Assembly: GCA_964016885.1 (NCBI GenBank)
Contig: CAXHJY010000753.1
Coordinates: 72,199 to 136,198 of the forward strand
Length of the DNA: 64,000 nucleotides
Source: Eledone cirrhosa
Taxonomy: Eukaryota
Direction: 5' to 3'
Part shown: positions 27,248 through 42,060 of the stretch, piece by piece
Numbering within the stretch: position 1 is the first letter of the stretch
How the letters are laid out: each line of letters opens with the position of its first letter
Translations under genes and position numbers: made by a program
Notes under the pieces: generated by a model
Seen by the model: the letters and a program-made list of their open reading frames with translations, nothing else
What the model was told of the DNA's origin: nothing
The model's database searches: none

Positions 27248-27526
27248 AGAGAAAGAAAGTGTATGTGTGTGAGAAAGGGGGAGAGAAAGAGAGAGAAAGC
27301 GTATGTATATGGGTGAGAGAGAGAGAGAAAGAGAGAATGTGCGTGTATATGTGTGTGAGTGAAAGTGAGAGAGAGAGAGAATGTGCGTGTATATGTGTGT
27401 GAGTGAGAGAGAGAGAGAGAGAGATATAGAGAGAGAGAGAACGTGCGTGTATATGTGTGTGAGTCAGAGAGAGAGAGAGAGCGAGAGAGAGAGAGAATGT
27501 GCGTGTATATATGTGTGAGTGAGTGA

Positions 27527-27591
<65 letters not shown>

Positions 27592-27601
27592 TGCGTGTAT
27601 A

Positions 27602-27655
<54 letters not shown>

Positions 27656-27672
27656 TGCGTGTATATGTGTGT

Positions 27673-27708
<36 letters not shown>
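26825..27708. repeat. Compound (GA)n/(GT)n higher-order simple repeat
   Basis: Recurrent unit (GA)n-AATGTGCGTGTATATGTGTGTGA. Confidence 0.9.
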
Positions 27709-27711
<3 letters not shown>

Positions 27712-28130
27712 ACATTAAAAAAGAGGAAACAATAATAAAACAATGTTAGAAGATGCAATAGTTATTGAATTTGAGTTAATGTTATGTGAAGATGTGATGA
27801 TTAAATTCAGTTACAATATATGTATTAAGAGCATACCGCATTGACAGACATAAATTCAGGGGTCAAATAGAATAATATGAAAAAGAAAAATAAAGACGGG
27901 ATTATCTGCTCAATACGTTTGGTGATATGTTTTCGTTCGTATGGGTAGTGGGTGGGTGGCTGGTTGTTTATTGTGTAGTTTTCCATGTCAGTTACTTCAA
28001 AACGACTGTACAACTTATATATGTCTTTAATACATAAATCACAGCACATACTCTCGTAAATTAAACAGACACACACATACACACGCACACGCACACACAC
28101 ACTCAAACACACATACACAAACACACATAC

Positions 28131-28259
<129 letters not shown>

Positions 28260-28287
28260 ATCAAAAGATGGTTATATGAGTTCCATG

Positions 28288-28358
28288 TATTTTATTATGC
28301 GCATTTCAAAAGCAAATATCATCATGCAATGACATTTGTGTTTTCATCAGATAAAATA
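28288..28358 (-). ncRNA. Type I hammerhead ribozyme (family G)
   Basis: TATTTTAT-CTGATGA-AAACA-CAAATGTCATT gcat GATGATATTTG-CTTTT-GAAA-TGCGCA-TA-ATAAAATA; 8-bp stem I, palindromic stem III. Confidence 0.8.
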
Positions 28359-28403
28359 GGAGGACATGATATGAAGGTTAAAAAACACTTGTGGATAGTG
28401 CAG

Positions 28404-28469
28404 TTTTAAATCAACATATAGAGTGTTATAAATCAACATGTAGAGTGTTTTAAATCAACATGTAGAGTG
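28404..28469. repeat. 22-23 bp tandem repeat, three copies
   Basis: TTTAAATCAACATGTAGAGTGT units. Confidence 0.85.
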
Positions 28470-28520
28470 CTTCTTATCCGATATCTGCATTGCTTTATTG
28501 TACTACAATAAAACTCACCT

Positions 28521-28684
<164 letters not shown>

Positions 28685-28853
28685 AATTAGGATTGGTGCT
28701 CTGAAATAGCGATGTATACATGAATGTATGTATAGTATATTTGGCAATTTACCGTATGTCTAATTAAAAACATTTTGAAGACGTTGCTCTATCATTTTAA
28801 AGTAGTGGCTATGTCACTTACTTCTTTTTTCGGCAAAGGAAAGGAGAGAAGCT
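28685..28853 (-). mobile_element. Fragment of the ~318-bp HHR unit (family J)
   Basis: Reverse complement of ~36911-37075. Confidence 0.8.
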
Positions 28854-28939
28854 ATATATGTAAGCTATATATATATATATATATATATATGAAAAGATTC
28901 AGGACTCCGACGGCTGAGCTCCGGTCGTTTCGACAGCTA

Positions 28940-29006
28940 GTAGCTCAGATGGTAGAGCGCTCGCTTGGCATGGGAGAGGTATCGGACTCGTTGTCCGAGA
29001 TCTCAA
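28940..29006 (+). pseudogene. tRNA-Ala-derived sequence lacking the 5' acceptor strand
   Basis: GTAGCTCAGATGGTAGAGCGCTCGCTTGGCATGGGAGAGGTA-TCGGA ctcgttg TCCGA-GATCTCA; D arm and T stem pair, anticodon position GGC, degenerate B box. Confidence 0.8.
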
Positions 29007-29087
29007 CATGAATGGACCTGTTATTTTTATCTAAAGATATTTTTTCCAATTCCAACCAGCCCTCAATCTATCTTATTTCTCATTCTT

Positions 29088-29123
29088 TCTTCTGATGAAG
29101 GACTAGTGTCCGAAACGTTAAGA
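29088..29123 (+). ncRNA. Minimal type I hammerhead ribozyme (family I)
   Basis: TCTT-CTGATGA-a-GGAC tagt GTCC-GAAA-CG-TT-AAGA; AACGTT palindromic stem III. Confidence 0.78.
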
Positions 29124-29207
29124 CCCTCTTCCTGCTATTTCAAGCGTTAATCTAATATATTCCTTCCATATGCTGTACCGATTGCGTTGTTGTTTCTGTT
29201 TACCTTT

Positions 29208-29254
<47 letters not shown>

Positions 29255-29374
29255 GAGTTATCGTTTTATGTTGCTCTAGTTTAACGCTCATTGAGGACTG
29301 TCCGTGCATACAGTGGTTTTTGACTCAACAAAAGGGTTACTTCTAGAGGTCGATCGTAGAATGATCCTTAAAGG

Positions 29375-29692
29375 ATGTTGGACCTCCGTCGTTTCCAACG
29401 ACGAGTGCTTCGGTTCATTCAATGAACTGAGTTGCCTGATCAGGTAAATAAAACCTCGCTAATTATTCCACAGATGTGTGCACCTTTGATTTAGTTCTCT
29501 GGGAGATTTAGCGTGATATATTGTATGATAGGGTTGACCCCTTGAAGTATAGGTAAAACGCATTTTTATCTATACTTATAACTGGAGTAACGTAATATAA
29601 AGTGTCATGCCCAAAGACACAACTGGTCGACTGCTCCAGGAATCAAACACGACCTTACAATCGTGAGTTTAACACCCTTACCACTAAGTCAC
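29375..29692 (-). mobile_element. Diverged tRNA-derived SINE (family 2)
   Basis: Minus strand GTGACTTAGTGGTAAGG (A box)...GTTTGATTCC (B box)...TTGGGCATGACACTTT..TTACTCCAG. Confidence 0.68.
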
Positions 29693-29892
29693 CTATGTGT
29701 GCATGCGTGTATATGTATATAATTGTGTATGCTTGCATATACATGTACGTACATATATATATATACATACACACATGATTGCATACAAACACACATACAT
29801 GCATACATACATACATACATACATACATACATACATACATACATACATACATACATACATACATACATACATACATACATACATACATACAT

Positions 29893-30172
29893 CCAGTATC
29901 CAAGATACACCTTTAGCTTCATACCCATCATTATTGGTGCTACGGGTTATATACCAACCCGCTTGGACCAAAGTATGACTGAACTTGGATTTGTGGACAA
30001 AAAGCGCAGCTCCCTAATTCATAGTCTACAAATGGCTGCGATAGCTGGCACCTTCAAAATTTGCAAAACATTCTTGCGATTCAAGGGATGACAATTTCTT
30101 TTCTTTTACAACCTTGCCACCAGGAAGGTGGCCGGTCAAAAAAATATACTCGAAATTAAGAGAAAGAGAAAA
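29893..30172 (+). mobile_element. 3' fragment of an R4-like RLE retrotransposon inserted in (CATA)n
   Basis: YPRYTFSFIPIIIGATG..L..LGF..LQMAAIAGTFKICKTFL*; (CATA)n on both sides; a second related stub (LQVQSINGTVKICKTF) at 30255-30326. Confidence 0.8.
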
Positions 30173-31415
30173 CATACATACACACATACATACATACATA
30201 CATACATACATACATACATACATACATACATACATACATACATACATACATACAAAAAAATTACAAGTACAATCGATTAATGGAACAGTAAAAATATGTA
30301 AAACATTCCAAACATTTTGCATCTAATAACTGCATATACACATGTACAGATACAAAGCATATACACATGCACACATACAACTCAAAACATACACATCCAC
30401 ACATACAATAGCATCCATATCTACACATGCAGACATGCATACATATTCTACCTAGTTAATGTTGTGTAAATTCCAATGAGAGAATCTTGTGTCTATGTTA
30501 GAACCGACTCTCTCTCTCTCTATTGGTAAAACTTTGTGAAATTATAAAACCAGAAGAACATATACATACATACATGACGGCTTCCCCCTCATTATCGTGT
30601 ATGGCCATTACACAATATAACATTATTAATAATTATTGTGCAATGCCTGTGAAGATTTTTTTTAAAGTGAGGAAAGACTGTGCACTGAGCCAATCCCACT
30701 CTCTGGGCAACAGTAGCTATAACTCGAAAAGAAGAAAAGATCAGCATCATCGGCAACTACTGAGCCACAGGTTTTATGTCGGAGTTATCCCAGTTTCCTG
30801 AGTTCTATGTAAACACACACACACACATATATATATATATACACACATGATTGCATACAAACACACATACATGCCTACATACATACGTACATACATACAT
30901 AAATAAATAAATACATACATACATACATACATACATACATACATACATACATACATACATACATACATACATACATACATACATACATGTACGTGTGCAC
31001 CAAAAAAACAAATTTGCAAATTCCCTACCCTATCATAAGACACGATATTTGGAATCTTTGAGCCGAGTTTGATTACATAATTTTAGATGTTCTACGTTGA
31101 TAGAGAAATATTTGGTATTGGGCTGGAGCAACATTCGTGATTAGTTTCGTTAATCACTGCACACCTGTTGCTATATAATCATTACTGCAGCAAACTGAAA
31201 ATGGGCGAGTCAAAATCACTGAATATAATTATATATGGTATATGTATGGACCGGTAATTCTTAATGGAGTCGAAGTGGCACCATCTTGACATATTCTATA
31301 GCCGTTTATATCCAGAGGAGAGTGAGAGAGAAAAAGTGAGAAAAAGTTATAGTGGAAAAATCGTCCCCATTACGAGATATTTCACTTTTGTATATTGCTG
31401 TTGTCGTTGTTGTCG

Positions 31416-31450
<35 letters not shown>

Positions 31451-31536
31451 CGGCCATGAAAGGATGAAAGGCAAAGCTGTTCTCTGCGGGATTAGAACAC
31501 GGAGTTCAAAATACCGGAATAAATAGAGAAAAGCAG

Positions 31537-32167
31537 CTGTTTGTTTACAAACAAATAGGGGATTATAATAAATGTTCGGTAAACCCATACGTACATATAT
31601 ATATATGTGTACATGTATGTATATATACATACATACTACTGTACGTCTGTATACATATATGTATGTACGTATACATACTAAAATTTAAGTACCAGCCGTA
31701 CTAAGAGTGAGAAATGAAATTTCGTTTCATTCTTTTCCATTTATCGTTTTCGGTGCGCCCGGCCGACTAACTCACTCGATAGGCAAATTAGGCTGCTCAG
31801 CCGTTAATATGCATAAGGAAAGTATATATTTTCAGACGTTCAACCATCTGACAGAAAGGTATACGATGCTGACGATAGCTAATAAGCTTGAAACTAGTAC
31901 ATCGTTCCTGTGTCAGTGTTGAACAAAAAGGTGACGATGGTTGCCTGAACACTGTACGGCGTGATTCGGGCTGTTTGTTTACAAACAAACCGAGCATTAT
32001 AATAAATGTTCGGTAACCCATACGTACATATATATGTGTGCATGTATGTATATATATACATACTACTGTACGTCTCTATACATATATGTTTGTACGTATA
32101 CATACATACTTACATTTAAGTACCAGCCGTACTAAGAGTGAGAAATGAAATTTCGTTTCATTCTTTT

Positions 32168-32170
<3 letters not shown>
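31537..32170 (+). mobile_element. Partial tandem ~430-bp non-coding HHR unit (family K; retrozyme/pLTR-like)
   Basis: 31537-31740 is repeated directly at ~31970-32170 with one HHR between; second locus at 45715-46229. Confidence 0.82.
31863..31905 (+). ncRNA. Type I hammerhead ribozyme (family K)
   Basis: ACGATG-CTGACGA-t-AGCT aata AGCT-t-GAAA-CTAG-TA-CATCGT. Confidence 0.85.
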
Positions 32171-32239
<69 letters not shown>

Positions 32240-32484
32240 TAATAATAACAAATTTGAAGACTAAAATCCAAAGAGGGCTCGATAAGATTAAATATATATC
32301 AAATATATAAGGGCGAAAGCACGATTCTTTGCTTAAACTTTAATCTGTTATTTTAATAAATATATATATATATATATATATAATAATAATAATGATATTA
32401 TTTATAGTTATGTATATACTATAAACAGGAAAGTTCAGTAATTGTCAGCGCTTAAATGATTTGAACATAACGTTGATATTTGTG

Positions 32485-32532
<48 letters not shown>

Positions 32533-32637
32533 ATACTAATAAATTTCAAGACTAAAATCCAAAGAGGGCTCGATAAGGATAAATATATATCAAATATATA
32601 AGAACCGTAGAGCAAATCTGTTATTTTAATAAATATA

Positions 32638-34600
<1,963 letters not shown>

Positions 34601-34678
34601 AGAGATGCTACATAGGAGATTTATTGCTCAATCCTTATATATAAGGATTGAGCAATAAATCTCCTATGTAACATCTCT
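34601..34678. repeat. Near-perfect 78-bp palindrome
   Basis: AGAGATGCTACATAGGAGATTTATTGCTCAATCCTTATA|TATAAGGATTGAGCAATAAATCTCCTATGTAACATCTCT. Confidence 0.92.
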
Positions 34679-34727
34679 ACTTTGTTCTTATTGCATACAC
34701 TCTGCTCTGCATCGAGATATAGAAATT

Positions 34728-34776
34728 GCTTCTACAGGACTAGAACTGTTTCATTTGGGAGAAATCATCAGGAAGC
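34728..34776 (-). ncRNA. Hammerhead ribozyme (family F); degenerate inverted twin at 34777-34822
   Basis: GCTTC-CTGATGA-TTTCTCCCAAAT-GAAA-CAG ttctagtc CTG-TA-GAAGC; weak stem II. Confidence 0.68.
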
Positions 34777-34832
34777 CTTGATGATTTCTCCCCCAATGAA
34801 ACAGTTCTAGTCCTGTAAAAGCAATTTATATG

Positions 34833-34871
<39 letters not shown>

Positions 34872-34967
34872 AACGATCGACTTTCGTCAAATCGGACCGA
34901 GGGAACAATGTTTCCGTTGGTCTTTCCAGTTGCTAATACTATCTATCGGTCGCAACTCCAGGTAGAA

Positions 34968-35334
<367 letters not shown>

Positions 35335-35428
35335 AGAAAATGTTTAACCCCGACGGCAGAGCTCAACCCTTAGTATTGAGTATTCTAGTGCGTTATGGTC
35401 TATCTGGTTCCTTACCACACTTCCTTCG

Positions 35429-35489
<61 letters not shown>

Positions 35490-35520
35490 AAAGAATAGAG
35501 GTGTAACACACAAGTTATAA

Positions 35521-35904
35521 TATATTGGTAAACGGAATAGAAAATGCTGACAAATTGTTCACAGTTGAAAAATGGTTTAATTAGGAATAAAAGAGTAATA
35601 GTAATTGTATGGGTTAGTATTCAGTTGTGGTTTTAAGTTTTTACCGGTTGCGCATTTCTAAATGCTTTTCAAAAATAATTTTGAGATAGAGTGTCCGTGT
35701 TGTTTGCTCTGATCAGAGCAAACAACACAGACACTCTATCTCAAAATTATTTTTGAAAAGCATTTAGAAATGCGCAACCGGTAAAAACTTAAAAACTTAA
35801 AACCACAACTGAATACTAACCCATACAATTACTAATACTCTTTTATTCCTAATTAAACCATTTTTCAACTGTGAACAATTTGTCAGCATTTTCTATTCCG
35901 TTTA

Positions 35905-35910
<6 letters not shown>
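35521..35910. mobile_element. Palindromic element with variant HHR in each arm (family L)
   Basis: Centre GCTCTGA|TCAGAGC at ~35712; arms ~190 bp; further single copy at ~48060-48240. Confidence 0.85.
35749..35787 (+). ncRNA. Variant hammerhead-like motif (U3, A8, C13); twin on minus strand at ~35638-35676
   Basis: TTT-TTGAAAA-GCATTT ag AAATGC-GCAA-CCGG-TA-AAA. Confidence 0.45.
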
Positions 35911-35994
<84 letters not shown>

Positions 35995-36151
35995 TACTTT
36001 GGGAGGGTCATGTTGCCAATAAGAAACACACGCACCAGTTGCTTTCACTTCAATTTATTATATATTTATAAATTTATAAATTTACAAATTTACAAACTTA
36101 TAAATTTCTGGTTGGTTGGTTGGTTCCACAACCAGATAGTTGTTTATATAT

Positions 36152-36196
36152 AGTCATAGTCCTTTCGTCACACACTCTGTGACCTCTTCAGTGACT
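36152..36196 (-). ncRNA. Minimal hammerhead (family A)
   Basis: Reverse complement of 36388-36432. Confidence 0.8.
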
Positions 36197-36387
36197 GGGG
36201 ATTCCTTTCCTTTGTTTCTGTGCCTTTCCTTTCTTCGATCCTACGCCATTTTGTTTCTGTGTGTGTGTTGTGTGCTCAGTTTGCGCATGCGCCACATCCG
36301 CAAACTGAGCACACAACACACACACAGAAACAAAATGGCGTAGGATCGAAGAAAGGAAAGGCACAGAAACAAAGGAAAGGAATCCCC

Positions 36388-36432
36388 AGTCACTGAAGAG
36401 GTCACAGAGTGTGTGACGAAAGGACTATGACT
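36388..36432 (+). ncRNA. Minimal hammerhead (family A)
   Basis: AGTCA-CTGAAGA-g-GTCACA gagtg TGTGAC-GAAA-GgaC-TA-TGACT. Confidence 0.82.
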
Positions 36433-36700
36433 ATATATAAACAACTATCTGGTTGTGGAACCAACCAACCAACCAGAAATTTATAAGTTTGTAAATTTGT
36501 AAATTTATAAATTTATAAATATATAATAAATTGAAGTGAAAGCAACTGGTGCGTGTGTTTCTTATTGGCAACATAACCCTCCCAAAGTATAACAATATCG
36601 GTTTCAACACACGATTTCAGATAAAGAATCTTGCTAAACAAATTCAGAAACGAAATATATATATATATATATATTAGGAGCTTATTATAAAGAGTGATTT

Positions 36701-37075
36701 CCAAATATACTATACATACATTTCATGTATACATCGCTATTTCAGAGCACCAGTCCTAATAGCTAATTTTTGCTGGACCGGCAATCGCTCTTTATTATCA
36801 GCTCCTGATTATTACTGGAATTCTATAAGCATCCAGCTTCTATAAAACTTTCGGCAGAAGCAGGGAGTGCGTGGCTCTGATAATCGACAAACAGCGTGAA
36901 ACAGATTGTTAGCTTCTCTCCCTTCTTTCGCCGAAAAGAAGTAAGTGACATAGTCACTACTTGAAAACCGATAGCGGATGGTCTACAAAATGTTTTTAAT
37001 TAAACATACGGTATATTGCCAAATATACTATACATACATTCATGTATACATCGCTATTTCAGAGCACCAATCCTA
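36701..37075 (+). mobile_element. Partial tandem ~318-bp HHR unit (family J)
   Basis: CCAAATATACTATACATACATT..CATGTATACATCGCTATTTCAGAGCACCA at 36701 and 37019; mutated HHR (CTGATAA) at 36873-36914. Confidence 0.78.
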
Positions 37076-37089
37076 GAAAGAAAGAAATA

Positions 37090-37169
<80 letters not shown>

Positions 37170-37640
37170 AGATGTAAACGAGGGAGATAGAAATGGATAT
37201 GTTTCATCTTTACATATGTTTATATGTGTATGACATGACGAGCGCTTGTAATGAACGTGGTTGTAGTTGTTGGAATCACAGTAAGTTGGAAACAGTTAGG
37301 CATCTGGTGTGCAGTTGTGTGTTTTTGACTATAGTGGAGGTGATTATAACGTGGCCAGACTGTTAGCAGTGTTTAGAATACGTTTAATCTGATTCTAATT
37401 TCTTCGATCCGAAGCTGTGTGATATATATTTATAACACGCTGACAACACGTAGTGGCTGTGTTATACAAGAACAGATGAGTGAATGTAGGTGGTTTGGTG
37501 TATTAATGGTTTATTAATGGTTTGGTATATTATGGAAGGCGTGGTGTCTGAGAGCTTGAATTTTCTGGTGAAAGACAATAACATTTTGTTGGACCACGTT
37601 GGTTTAGAAAAACTACAGATAGAGAGAGAAATGGAGGAAT

Positions 37641-37713
<73 letters not shown>

Positions 37714-37753
37714 AGAGAAAGGGGGAAATGTATATATATATATCCATTATCTT

Positions 37754-37803
<50 letters not shown>

Positions 37804-38133
37804 AAGACAGAGAGGGGGAGGAGGGGGGAGAGGGAGAAGGACAAAATGAAAGAATGGCAGATTGGGAAAAACAAAGTAAAAATGGTAAAATACAAAGAGA
37901 GACTGAGGGAGAGAGAAATAGGAGAAAGTGAGAAAATGAAAATGAGAATAAAGAAATGCAAAGAAAAAGAGACGAAAAATGTGGGATAACCTACAGGAAT
38001 GTGTATGTCTGTGTGTGTATGTGTGTGTATGTGTGTAGGTGTGTGCGTGTGTGAACGTATGTGCGCGTGTGTTTATGCATATAGATAGACGTACAAAAAG
38101 ATAGATGAGTCTGTGTATATACACACACACAAA

Positions 38134-38177
<44 letters not shown>

Positions 38178-38703
38178 AACACACACACACAAACACACAC
38201 ATACATACACACACACACAAATACACACCCACAAACACATACACATTCACACACATACACAAACACAAACACAAACACAGACACACATACACACATACAC
38301 AGACACATGCATACACACACATACACACAAACACACACACATTCATATACACACAAACATACACACACAAACATACACACACACACTATGCACTCATTTA
38401 CAAAGATATACACACAGACATACTCACATTCAACCTCTGTGTGCGAGTATGATAAAGGCATGCTGGTGAAAATCAAATGAGAAAAAGTTTATCATTTTTG
38501 TGAAAAACTGGCATTTGTTTCTATGTGTGTGAAATAAGAGACATCGGTTGGGATAAATGACTGCCAAAATATGACGCTATCAATCAATACTAGTTATAGA
38601 GAAATATCAAACAAAGGAAGTTATTAAATGCCTATGTATTATACATATAAATATAAATATATTTTCAATGAAAGCATACATACGTTGACTCTCACACACA
38701 CAC

Positions 38704-38743
<40 letters not shown>

Positions 38744-38778
38744 GGAAAAAAATGAAACGAAATTTCATTTCTCACTCT

Positions 38779-38824
<46 letters not shown>

Positions 38825-38928
38825 AATATATATATATATGTGTGTGTGAGTATATATATATATATATACACATATATACATATATATATATATGTCTGTG
38901 TGTGAGTATATATATATATATATACACA

Positions 38929-38986
<58 letters not shown>

Positions 38987-39308
38987 GGAATTAGATGTAA
39001 ATATATATGTGTATATATATACATAGATATATATGTGTGTGTATATATATAAATGTGTGTGTGTGCACAAGTAGGTATAGTTATTATTTATACATTATTG
39101 ATTAATAATATTTATTTGTGTAGCTTTAAAGCATCTGAATGATGAAAATATTCTCATTTTTAAAAGTAAGATCGTCAATGGTGGAAGTTTACGCTGATGA
39201 CGTTTACAGACAGATCGATTCCATATTGGGTTTTTTTCTTTCAACACTGTTTCTGTAGGTAGATATCTGTAGAAAACAATGCTGGTGGAGTGAACATGTT
39301 TGTGAGTT

Positions 39309-39604
39309 CGGGGTTTCTATGGTGAAATGGCTGGGTTTAGTGCGGGGTTCCTATGGTGAAAATGGCTGTTTTAGTGCAGGGTTCCTATGGTGAAAATGAC
39401 TGGGTTTAGTGCGGGGTTCCTATGTTGAAAATGGCTGGGTTTAGTGCGAGGTTCCTATGTTGAAAATGGCTGGTTTTAGTGCGGGGTTCCTGTGATGAAA
39501 ATGGCTCGGTTTAATGCGGTGTTCCTATGGTGAAAATGGCTGATTTTAGTACGGGGTTCCTATGGTGAAAATGGCTAGGTTTAGTGCGGGGTTCCTATGG
39601 TGAA
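39309..39604. repeat. 35-bp minisatellite, about 8.5 copies
   Basis: GGGGTTCCTATGGTGAAAATGGCTGGGTTTAGTGC units. Confidence 0.95.
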
Positions 39605-39967
39605 ACAAAACGTTGTCACGAAATGACAACAGGCCATGCATGTCGAGTTATTTTCAGAGGGGCGTCTGCCCAAAGAGCAAGGTCAATATTGAGGAAATGA
39701 TGGCAATAAAATTTAGAGCAAACGCTTGGTAATAAAGATTAATTCAATGTCATAATCAATAAAATAAAAGTAAGATGATATAACTGGCTGGAAAACGTAT
39801 TCGTATGATAAATGGAAATGTATTGTGGCTCTATTTTTGTGTTGAATGTCAAAGGTGGAAGAAATACTAAAAATAACCAGGCAATGAATGCTAAAGAATG
39901 AACAGAACAGCATAGGATAGACTAGGTGGTATGTGAGATAGTATGTGTTAGCATAATATAACCCAAT

Positions 39968-40159
39968 CGGGCGGTGGATTGGCAGTATCGGTAGAGGGTC
40001 GGACGCCAAGCTTTTCAGCACAGTTACGTCCCTTTACGGACTGAGTTCAAATCCCGCCGAGGTTAACTTTGCCTTTCATCCTTACGGGGTTGATAAAATA
40101 AAGTACCAGTAATACACTGGGATAATTGCTGGCCTTGTGCCAAAAGTAGAAACAATTAT
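39968..40159 (+). mobile_element. Full-length SINE family 1
   Basis: GGGCGGTGGATTGGCAGTATCGG...GAGTTCAAATCCCGCCGAGGTTAACTTTGCCTTTCATCC...GTAGAAACAATTAT; central part resembles the Meta-type SINE domain as I recall it. Confidence 0.9.
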
Positions 40160-40601
40160 ATATGAGTTGTAGTTGAAGAGATGATTGAATGCATCAAATA
40201 CTTATCATTGGAACTCGGAGATGCAGCACAAAATAGATGGTTGGTGATGGAAAATCAAATGTGATGGATAGACCTCAAATGAAGGTATATTCTAGCTGGT
40301 CACAAATGTAGAATTCAATGTTGTCATGGTAAAAAGAAAAGTCTTTATAAACACTACGTTTGTTAATTAATTATAAGTACTACATTTGTTAATTAATGTT
40401 TGAAACACGTTGCTGAGATAACATTTGTCAATCAAACGAATCGTTTACGAGAGGATTTGCTCTTGGACTTCATTCACTTAGCAAATTCCTTTCCACCAGC
40501 AATTAACTTCATAGATACGATCAATGATTTTGCGGTTAACTTAATCGGCTTCAATTGATCTATATCAATACCGTATCATATGGCAATATAAGATGTAACT
40601 A

Positions 40602-41310
40602 ACGTGTTTCCCCCATTATAAGCCATGGCTTATATTAATTTTTACTCCGAAATGTACCACTACGGGGGTTCATATACCGAAAAGACGACACTACGAAACT
40701 GAAAATTACAAATTCGCGAAACAATCGGTATTTACGCGCAACGTTTACTTGAAAGATCAAATTTATTAAAAATTAACACACCCTTTAATTCAAAAATTCA
40801 TGAGTGAAATAATCCACTAATTTATTCAAAAATAATCATGTCATCCTGCTCTGGAATGTCATTGTTTTCCAAATCAGTGGATTCAATGATTCCTGTGGAA
40901 TTTTCTTCTGACTCAATTGCCTGCAGAATTTTCGTCCCTAGTCTTTCATATTGAGCGATAGAGGTCGAATTGAATGGAGAGTTCTTATCCAGATAGCCTG
41001 CTCGTAGTGTATTCATGACACAGTTATCTGTGATTTTGTTCCATGAATTTCTCACCCAAGACAAGATCTCTTGAAAGCTGGGCTTCACGAAATTTCCTCA
41101 CTTATTTCTCGCCATTCTGTTTTCGATGTAGTCATTTATTTCCATGCGCAGATGGTCCTTGAATGGTTTCTTCAGTACGATGTGAAGAGTCTGGAGATGG
41201 GCGGTCGTTCCTGCGGGAATCATGATTTGATCGATTCTTCTTTCTGCAAGAAAGTTCTTCATATCTTCATGAGGTCATATGCTGCTCAAGATTAACTTTA
41301 CTCTTTGAAT
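40602..41310 (-). mobile_element. pogo/Tigger-like DDE transposon 3' relic
   Basis: MIPAGTTAHLQTLHIVLKKPFKDHLR (cf. IPxxxTxxLQPLDxxxxxPFK) and KPS..EILSWVRNSWNKI; TIR-like CGTGTTTCCCC..TATAAG at ~40603. Confidence 0.75.
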
Positions 41311-42027
41311 CTATAACAGAATACTAATATATATACAGTTGAATGAACCCCTTTTGCACACATTTACACAGGAATCTATATGTAATTATAACTTTCGGGT
41401 ACTTCATATACTATTCTAGCAATTTGAGGATTGTCTGCTATCTAGAAATCCCTCCCAGTATATATGTTCTCCTGCAGCCGTCGAACAACTGTTCAATAAA
41501 AACATTCACCACGTCAATTTTGCAAATCTGGAAACGCCTGCAAAATCAATGTGTACAGCACATTCTTTCAAACCAGAACAATATATTTTTTTTTAATCAC
41601 TTTGGAGTTAAACTCTACTGTCTCACAAACGGGAAAGGAAAGGCGGGTGTTATACGTATTTCCAGATATCTAAAGAGAAAAGCCACTGGATTGCAGCTGA
41701 GAAGAATTTGTTTTATAGATCTGCTCGACCTGTACTGACCAAGGGCTAATCAAACACAAAAATCTTTCTGCAAATTCAAGAAAAGAGCAATAATTAAATT
41801 TTTTTTTAATATAAACTATATTTTAACCAAACGAATCTATAATAAAAACACAAATTTCTGTTCTTTTCTGGATAAAAAATCAATTCCTATTTGGATAATA
41901 AAAAGACAAAAGCAAGGACTAACATCAAAATATTTGAATATCAGAAATTAATCTTAATATAAAACCCATATATACACATATATATACATATATGTACAGA
42001 TATGTACACACACACATACACACACAA

Positions 42028-42060
<33 letters not shown>

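Larger units (their letters stand above)
35990..36654. mobile_element. Palindromic HHR element, family A, second copy
   Basis: Arms ~35990-36285 and 36299-36594, 13-nt loop; same right-hand extension as 1496-1551. Confidence 0.88.

Noticed and set aside
28940-29006. Functional tRNA-Ala(GGC) gene
   Set aside because: 5' acceptor strand missing, T loop non-canonical, mismatch in the anticodon stem; kept only as a tRNA-derived sequence
36140-36444. Two near-identical 67-aa ORFs on opposite strands
   Set aside because: Automatic consequence of the DNA palindrome
37240-37620. Possible decayed PLE RT-thumb on the minus strand (KP...YIHS...SGH)
   Set aside because: Multiple stops and only faint motif similarity; needs a TBLASTN test
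39191-39285. CTGATGA...GAAA pair
   Set aside because: No stem I, stem III or NUH site could be paired
41343-41738. 131-aa ORF next to the pogo relic
   Set aside because: No recognisable motif or splice context
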